64,000 bases of DNA from Planctomycetota bacterium. Its GTDB lineage: Bacteria > Planctomycetota > MHYJ01 > WSZJ01. Below, piece by piece: positions 58,811 through 64,000 of the stretch. The first letter of the stretch is position 1. The number at the start of each line of letters is the position of its first letter. The DNA is taken from NCBI GenBank assembly GCA_038060895.1, contig JBBTCT010000005.1, positions 5,713 to 69,712 on the forward strand, given 5' to 3'. The notes under the pieces are model-generated. The model was not told the DNA's origin, searched no databases, and saw nothing but the letters and a program-made list of their open reading frames with translations. The position numbers were made by a program, and so were the translations under genes.

Positions 58811-61800
58811 ATGTCCGCCCAGCCCATCCGCTCCGTGCTGTTTGGCAAGCTCGCTGTCAGCACGCGCTTCATCACCGAAGAGCAGCTCCAGGAGTGCCTT
58901 GCGTACCAGCGCGAGCTGGAGTCGCAGGGAGAAGCGCCGCCACGCCTGGGCGAGGTCCTGGAGCGGAAGGGCTATCTCACCAAGAACCAGGTCCAGATCG
59001 TGCTCGACTCGATGGCGAAGACGCAGAAGCGGCGCTTCGGCGAAATCGCGATGTCGTTCCAGTTCGTGTCGGAACGGCAGGTGGCCGAGGGGCTCGAGCT
59101 GCAGGCGCTTCTCGAAAAGGCGCCGCCCCCGGAGGAGATCACACTTACGGCTCAGGCGCTGGTCGCTTACCGGAGGTTCTTCGCGCAGAAGAAGTCGCAC
59201 GCGGATCGTCCGAAGCTCGGGGAGGCGCTGACGGCGCTGGGGCACCTGCGGACGCACCAGGTGGACGCGGTGGTCGAAGAGCAGTCGAAGGTCATCGTGA
59301 GCTGCGGCGAATGCCAGGCGAGCCTGAACATCACGAATTTTGAACCGGGGCAGAAGCTGCGCTGCGCGCAGTGCGGCTCGGTGCTGACTGTGGAGAAGAA
59401 CGAGAACGGCGCGATGTTCCTGCAGCTGCCGCCGCGGACCGGGATGTTTACGTCGCCGGTCGCTCCGGCGGTGCCGACGCCGATGCCGGCGGAGGGCCAG
59501 CCGTCGGCGAGCCTCGAAGCGCCGCTTCGCGCGAGGGCGCAGGCCCCCGAAGAAGATCTGCCGGCATGGACGGGACTGCCCGTCGCGGACAGCGAAGTGA
59601 ATGCCCCGGGCGCGCGGGCGCCGGCCGCACCTGCGGCCCCGCCTGCGGCGGCGGCCGCGGCTTCGGCCACCGATGCGCTCAAGAAGCAGGCGTCCGGCGC
59701 CGATTCGCAGGGTCCCCTTCCCTCCCGCCTCGGAGACTTCAAGCTCCTGCAGCGCCTCGGCGAGGATTCGAGCAGCCGCGTCGCGAAAGCGCTCCAGGTG
59801 TCCCGCGATCGCGTCGTGGCGCTTCGGGTGATGCGGCGCAGCGTGATGCTGGACGACGCGTTCCGCGAGAAGTTCCTCGAAGACGCGCGCAAGGCGGCGA
59901 ACCTCGACCACCCGAACATCCGGAAAATCTTCAGCGTCACGAAGATCGACGAGCGGTACTGCGTCGCGATGGAGTTCCTGGAGGGCGAGAGCGTCTATTC
60001 CATCCTTCAGAAAGAGCCGGCGATCCCCTGGCGGGACGCGGTCCAGATCATGCGTCCGATCCTGCAGGCTCTTTCGGTGGCGCATAAGGCCGGCGTCGTT
60101 CACGGCGACGTGCGGCCGTCGAACATCATGATCACTGCCGACGGGACGGTGAAGCTGGCGAACCTCGGGGTTTCGGCGAAGGCGGACGACAGCGTTCTCA
60201 AGGTCAGCGAGAGCGGTCGGGTCGCGCCGTTCTACATCGCGCCCGAATGCGTCACCGGGGACCGCCCCACGGACCAGCGCATCGACATCTACTCGGTCGG
60301 CGCAACCCTCTTCCACATGATCAGCGGGAAGCCGCCCTTCCAGGGCAAGAGCCCCTTCGAAGTGCTGGTCAAGGTGTCCACCGAGACCATCCCGCCGCTC
60401 AAGTTCTTCGATCCCGGGGTGCCCGACTCGCTGAACTCCATCGTGCATCGCATGCTCGATCCCGAACCGGACACCCGCTACGGGACCTGCGCGCAGGTTC
60501 TCGAGGATCTCGAAGCCGCCGTGAGTTCGCGGCCGATTCCGTCGGCCCCCGCAACGGCGACTCCGCCGCCGCCGAAGGGCCCCCTCGTTCCCGTCCTCGT
60601 CGTCGTGGGCATCCTCATCGCCGCCGGCATCGGCTGGCGCTTCTACCAGGCCACCGAACGCTCCGCCGCCTTCGAGGCCGCCCGCGCCCGCGCGACCAGC
60701 GCCCGCCAGTCCCGCGTCGAATTCAACACTGCCCGGGCGGAACTGAAGCGCTTCACGGACGCCTGGCCCGGCACATCCGAGGCCGAGGAGGCCGAGCGTC
60801 TCGTGTCCGAACTGCGGAGCCGGGAAGACGCGCTCGCGAGCAAGGAACTCGACGACGCCAGGACGGACGTCGCGTCCCTGATTTCGGCGGGCAAGTTCGG
60901 AACTGCTGCCACGCGCGTCAACACTCTCGTGTTCTGGACGGATCCCTCGCCGAAACTCGATGAACTCCGGAAGCAGATCGAAACGGAAGCGTCGAAGGCC
61001 TGGGAAACCGTGGTGGCGGACGCGCTCAAACTGGCTGAGGACGGCAAGGTCGCCGAAGCCGACGCCATTGTGTCTGCGGCCATCTCGTTGCGCGCGCTTC
61101 AGTCCGATGAACGCCGCGCCGCGGAACTGAACAAGCAGCTGGGCGCCATCAAGGCGAAGATCGAGGAGCAGGCGAAGGCGGACAAGGCCGAGCGCGAGCG
61201 CAAGGAAGCGGCCGAGCGGCTGCTGCGAGAGACGGAGGCGGCGCGGAAGCGATGGGACCGGCTCTCGGGCGACTTCGACCGGGCGCTGGCGAAATGGGAC
61301 CTGGCGATCGCGGCGAAAGTTGTCGAGACGCCGGAGGCCCAGCAGGCCGGGACGCAGGCCGATCGCGACCGGCTTGTGCGAATTTCGAAGTGGCTCCACG
61401 AGACGAAGCAGGCGGCGATGACGTCGCTGATCACGACTCACGCATCGTGGGACGGAAAGCCCGAGAACGACCGCCGTCTTCGCGCCCGGATCAACGGCGT
61501 GGAGTGCCGGGCGACGAGCGCCGACGAAATGGCCGTCACGTTCATGCCGGCCGGGGGAATTGGCCAGGCGGTTCTCTGGATCAACATCGAGCCCGCCGTT
61601 GTCGCCGAGGCGCTTCGCCGCGGCGCGGAAGCGACCAAGAAGCCGGAGCACGAGCTCGCGGCCGCGGCCTGGTGTGCGGCTCGCGCCCCGGGCACGGAAC
61701 CGGAAGTCGAGCGGGGACTCCTTGAGTCCGCGGAACGCCATCTCGCAAGAACCGCGGAGATCAAGGACGACGCGACTCCGCTCGGCTTCCGCCTGGCGCT

Positions 61801-62485
61801 CTGGGCGGAACGCCTGCAGAGTGAAGGGCTCGAGCGCCTCCGCGACCTCGTCGCGCAATCGAAGTTCGCTGAGGCCGCGCAGCACGATCGCGCCTTCCGG
61901 AACGGGTTCGGCCGGCGCCCCTGGTCGCTCGAGCACGCGGCCGACCTCGACGGGCTCCAGAAGTCGGCGCTCCTCGCCGGCTCGCCTGCAGAGAGAAGCG
62001 ATTGGTCCGATTTCAATTCCGGCCCGGACCCCTTCAAGGTTTCCGAGGGGTGGAAAGCTGCGAATGGCGTCCTTGCCGGCAACGGCAAGGAGGAGACCCT
62101 CACGTTCAACGCTTCCGGGATCGAGGAAATCGCGTTTCTGTTCCGCTTCCCCAAGCCCGATTTCCGTCTCGTGCTCACGGCTGGAGACGCCGACCTGCGG
62201 CTCGAGCCGTCCCGCCCGCGCTTTGACCTGCTCGTGAAGCGCGAGGGCTCCACGCCTCTTCAGAAGGCCCTGAAGGAAAAGGGAGACGAGTTGCGCGCGC
62301 GCGATTGGCACCTGCTCCGCGCGCGGTTCGACGGCACCAACGTCACGGTCTGGCTGGATGGCGAAGAGTCGGGCTCGATGGCGATGGCATCGCGCCCGGA
62401 CGGATTCACGCTGACGCTGGCGGGGGTGAGCCAGACGCAGACGGGGGTGGCTGATCTGGACTGCGTGCTCGTGAAGCGGAAGTAA
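58811..62485 (+). CDS. Transmembrane Ser/Thr pseudokinase with N-terminal MshEN-like repeats and zinc ribbon, and an extracytoplasmic helical plus ConA-like region
   Basis: RLGEVLERKGYLT and KLGEALTALGHL repeats, CGEC...CAQC, kinase fold with GEDSSS/VALR/HGDVRPSN/NLG, TM LVPVLVVVGILIAAGIGW. Confidence 0.82.
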   Translation: MSAQPIRSVLFGKLAVSTRFITEEQLQECLAYQRELESQGEAPPRLGEVLERKGYLTKNQVQIVLDSMAKTQKRRFGEIAMSFQFVSERQVAEGLELQALLEKAPPPEEITLTAQALVAYRRFFAQKKSHADRPKLGEALTALGHLRTHQVDAVVEEQSKVIVSCGECQASLNITNFEPGQKLRCAQCGSVLTVEKNENGAMFLQLPPRTGMFTSPVAPAVPTPMPAEGQPSASLEAPLRARAQAPEEDLPAWTGLPVADSEVNAPGARAPAAPAAPPAAAAAASATDALKKQASGADSQGPLPSRLGDFKLLQRLGEDSSSRVAKALQVSRDRVVALRVMRRSVMLDDAFREKFLEDARKAANLDHPNIRKIFSVTKIDERYCVAMEFLEGESVYSILQKEPAIPWRDAVQIMRPILQALSVAHKAGVVHGDVRPSNIMITADGTVKLANLGVSAKADDSVLKVSESGRVAPFYIAPECVTGDRPTDQRIDIYSVGATLFHMISGKPPFQGKSPFEVLVKVSTETIPPLKFFDPGVPDSLNSIVHRMLDPEPDTRYGTCAQVLEDLEAAVSSRPIPSAPATATPPPPKGPLVPVLVVVGILIAAGIGWRFYQATERSAAFEAARARATSARQSRVEFNTARAELKRFTDAWPGTSEAEEAERLVSELRSREDALASKELDDARTDVASLISAGKFGTAATRVNTLVFWTDPSPKLDELRKQIETEASKAWETVVADALKLAEDGKVAEADAIVSAAISLRALQSDERRAAELNKQLGAIKAKIEEQAKADKAERERKEAAERLLRETEAARKRWDRLSGDFDRALAKWDLAIAAKVVETPEAQQAGTQADRDRLVRISKWLHETKQAAMTSLITTHASWDGKPENDRRLRARINGVECRATSADEMAVTFMPAGGIGQAVLWINIEPAVVAEALRRGAEATKKPEHELAAAAWCAARAPGTEPEVERGLLESAERHLARTAEIKDDATPLGFRLALWAERLQSEGLERLRDLVAQSKFAEAAQHDRAFRNGFGRRPWSLEHAADLDGLQKSALLAGSPAERSDWSDFNSGPDPFKVSEGWKAANGVLAGNGKEETLTFNASGIEEIAFLFRFPKPDFRLVLTAGDADLRLEPSRPRFDLLVKREGSTPLQKALKEKGDELRARDWHLLRARFDGTNVTVWLDGEESGSMAMASRPDGFTLTLAGVSQTQTGVADLDCVLVKRK

Positions 62486-62545
62486 GGCGCGGGCAGCCGC
62501 TTCCGGTCTGGTGGTCCGGCGGTTCGGGGACTAAACTGGTCCCAA

Positions 62546-64000
62546 ATGCGCGTCTACCTCGTGGAATCCGCCGGTTTCTGCTGGGGCGTGAAGGAAGCCC
62601 TGGATCGCGCGCTCGAGATCGCCAAGAGCGACGGGCCGGTCTATTCATACGGGCCGCTGGTGCACAACAAGCAGGTGATGGCGGAGATGGAGAAAGAGCG
62701 CGTGTTCGGCGTCGAGGCCGATGACGCGGGAATCGGGGCGGCCGGAACGGCGACGATCGTGGTGCGCGCGCACGGCGTGCGCCCGGAAGTGATCCAGTCG
62801 CTCGAGCAGCGCGCGAGGGACACGGGCGCGAAATTTCACGACCTCACCTGCCCTCTCGTCCGCATGGTGCACAACGTCATCGGCGGGAACGCGAAGCGCG
62901 GCTGGGACACGGTCATCGTCGGCGACGCGGACCACGCGGAAGTGATCGGGCTCGTGGGGTACGGCACGCCGGGGCGGACGCACGTCGTGGCGAACGCGAA
63001 GGAGGCCGAGAAGCTGCCCGCATTTGAGCGCGTCTGCGTCGTGAGCCAGACGACGCAGGACCGCGAGAATTTCGAGACGACTGCGGAAGAAGTGAAGAAA
63101 AAGGCGCGCACCTACCGCCAGGTCAACACCATCTGCCGCCCGACGCAGGAACGCCAGGAGGAAACGGAAAAGCTCGCGCACGAGGTCAAGCTCGTCGTCG
63201 TCGTGGGCGGCAAGCACAGCGCGAACACCGTGCGCCTCGTGGACCTGCTCAAGCAGTGGGGCTGCGCGGCGCTTCACGTCGAGACGGAGACGGAACTTCG
63301 CGAAGAGGATTTCAAGGGCCACGACACGGTCGGGGTTACGGCAGGTCTTTCCACGCCGCAGTGGATGATCGACCGCGTCGTCGAGCGCCTCGAGAACATC
63401 GGCGGCCGCGCCCGCACGACGCTCGGCGACGTCGCTCGCGGCGCCGGATCCTTCCTCGTAAACACAAACCTCTACGTCGCGGCAGGAGCCGCCGGCCTCG
63501 CCGCCGCGGCGTGCACGCTGCAGAACATCCCCATCCAGTGGCCCTTCCTCGCCGTCCCGGCGCTGTTCGTGCAGTCCATGCACACGCTCAACCGCTTCAT
63601 CGACCGCACCCGCCTCGATTTCTCCGACCGCGTCGCCACGATCCTCTACAAGCGCCGCCCAGTCCCTCTCCTCGTCCTCGGCGCCGCCGCAGGCCTCGCT
63701 TCCGTCGGCATCGCCGCCCTCGCCGGCTGGCTGCCGTTCGCCCTGGCCTGCCTCGGCCTCGTCTGCGGCGGCGTGTACGGGTTCCGGGTTCTTCCGGAAG
63801 CGATCACGTTCCGCCTCGGGATCCGGCGCCTGAAGGACATCCCGGCATCCCGCGACCTTTCGACCGCGATCGGGTGGACGATGATGACGACCGTGTTCCC
63901 CTTCCTCTCCCTCGGGAAACTCCCCGGCGCGACGAACTTCCTCGTCTTCCTCGCAGTGTTCTGCATGGTTTTCCTCCGCACCACCGCTCTCGGCATTCGC
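62546..64000 (+). CDS. ispH: IspH (LytB) fused to a C-terminal UbiA-like prenyltransferase membrane domain; runs off the window end
   Basis: Manual translation gives AGFCWGV, GPLVHN, AHG, DLTCPLV, HAEV, NTICRPTQERQ, VGGKHSANT, TAGLSTP. It continues with no stop into TM helices with HTLNRFID and RLKDIP. Confidence 0.88.
   Translation, partial: MRVYLVESAGFCWGVKEALDRALEIAKSDGPVYSYGPLVHNKQVMAEMEKERVFGVEADDAGIGAAGTATIVVRAHGVRPEVIQSLEQRARDTGAKFHDLTCPLVRMVHNVIGGNAKRGWDTVIVGDADHAEVIGLVGYGTPGRTHVVANAKEAEKLPAFERVCVVSQTTQDRENFETTAEEVKKKARTYRQVNTICRPTQERQEETEKLAHEVKLVVVVGGKHSANTVRLVDLLKQWGCAALHVETETELREEDFKGHDTVGVTAGLSTPQWMIDRVVERLENIGGRARTTLGDVARGAGSFLVNTNLYVAAGAAGLAAAACTLQNIPIQWPFLAVPALFVQSMHTLNRFIDRTRLDFSDRVATILYKRRPVPLLVLGAAAGLASVGIAALAGWLPFALACLGLVCGGVYGFRVLPEAITFRLGIRRLKDIPASRDLSTAIGWTMMTTVFPFLSLGKLPGATNFLVFLAVFCMVFLRTTALGIR

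Noticed and set aside
58769-62311. 1180-aa minus-strand ORF (likewise 39484-42840, 46011-48413, 3155-5260, 11941-13872)
   Set aside because: These are antisense or alternate-frame shadows of recognisable genes.

Overview
A high-GC bacterial chromosome segment. It is probably from the Planctomycetota/PVC group; this is an inference from the missing rpmD and the TPR-rich, kinase-rich gene content. Bases 1-8.4 kb hold the ribosomal spc/alpha cluster on the minus strand (rpsQ-rplN-rplX-rplE-rpsN-rpsH-rplF-rplR-rpsE-rplO-secY-adk-map-infA-rpmJ-rpsM-rpsK'), detached from the S10 cluster and with its own promoter. The rest is mostly accessory DNA. The strongest hidden signal is at 14197-15054: a secreted thioredoxin-fold protein whose redox motif reads U-G-G-C through an in-frame TGA followed by a SECIS-like hairpin. 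It is a probable selenoprotein that the ORF track truncates, and it lies between two paralogous membrane-anchored serine hydrolases. Also notable are a self-contained sigma54 two-component regulon (two -24/-12 promoters with shared GTATC-N6-GATAC sites) that appears to control an exported deiminase-like enzyme, and a CarF/TMEM189-type desaturase coupled to a fatty-acid hydroxylase next to a phosphatidylserine-decarboxylase remnant. The window further contains a modABC operon with an XRE-TOBE regulator and operator palindromes, a palindrome inserted in frame in an LLM oxidoreductase, an MshEN-like pseudokinase and an IspH-UbiA fusion. Many genes have a -10 box exactly 6 nt before the start codon, which suggests leaderless mRNAs. 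I saw no rRNA, tRNA, CRISPR array or transposase. All family calls come from motif recognition by eye; no searches were run.
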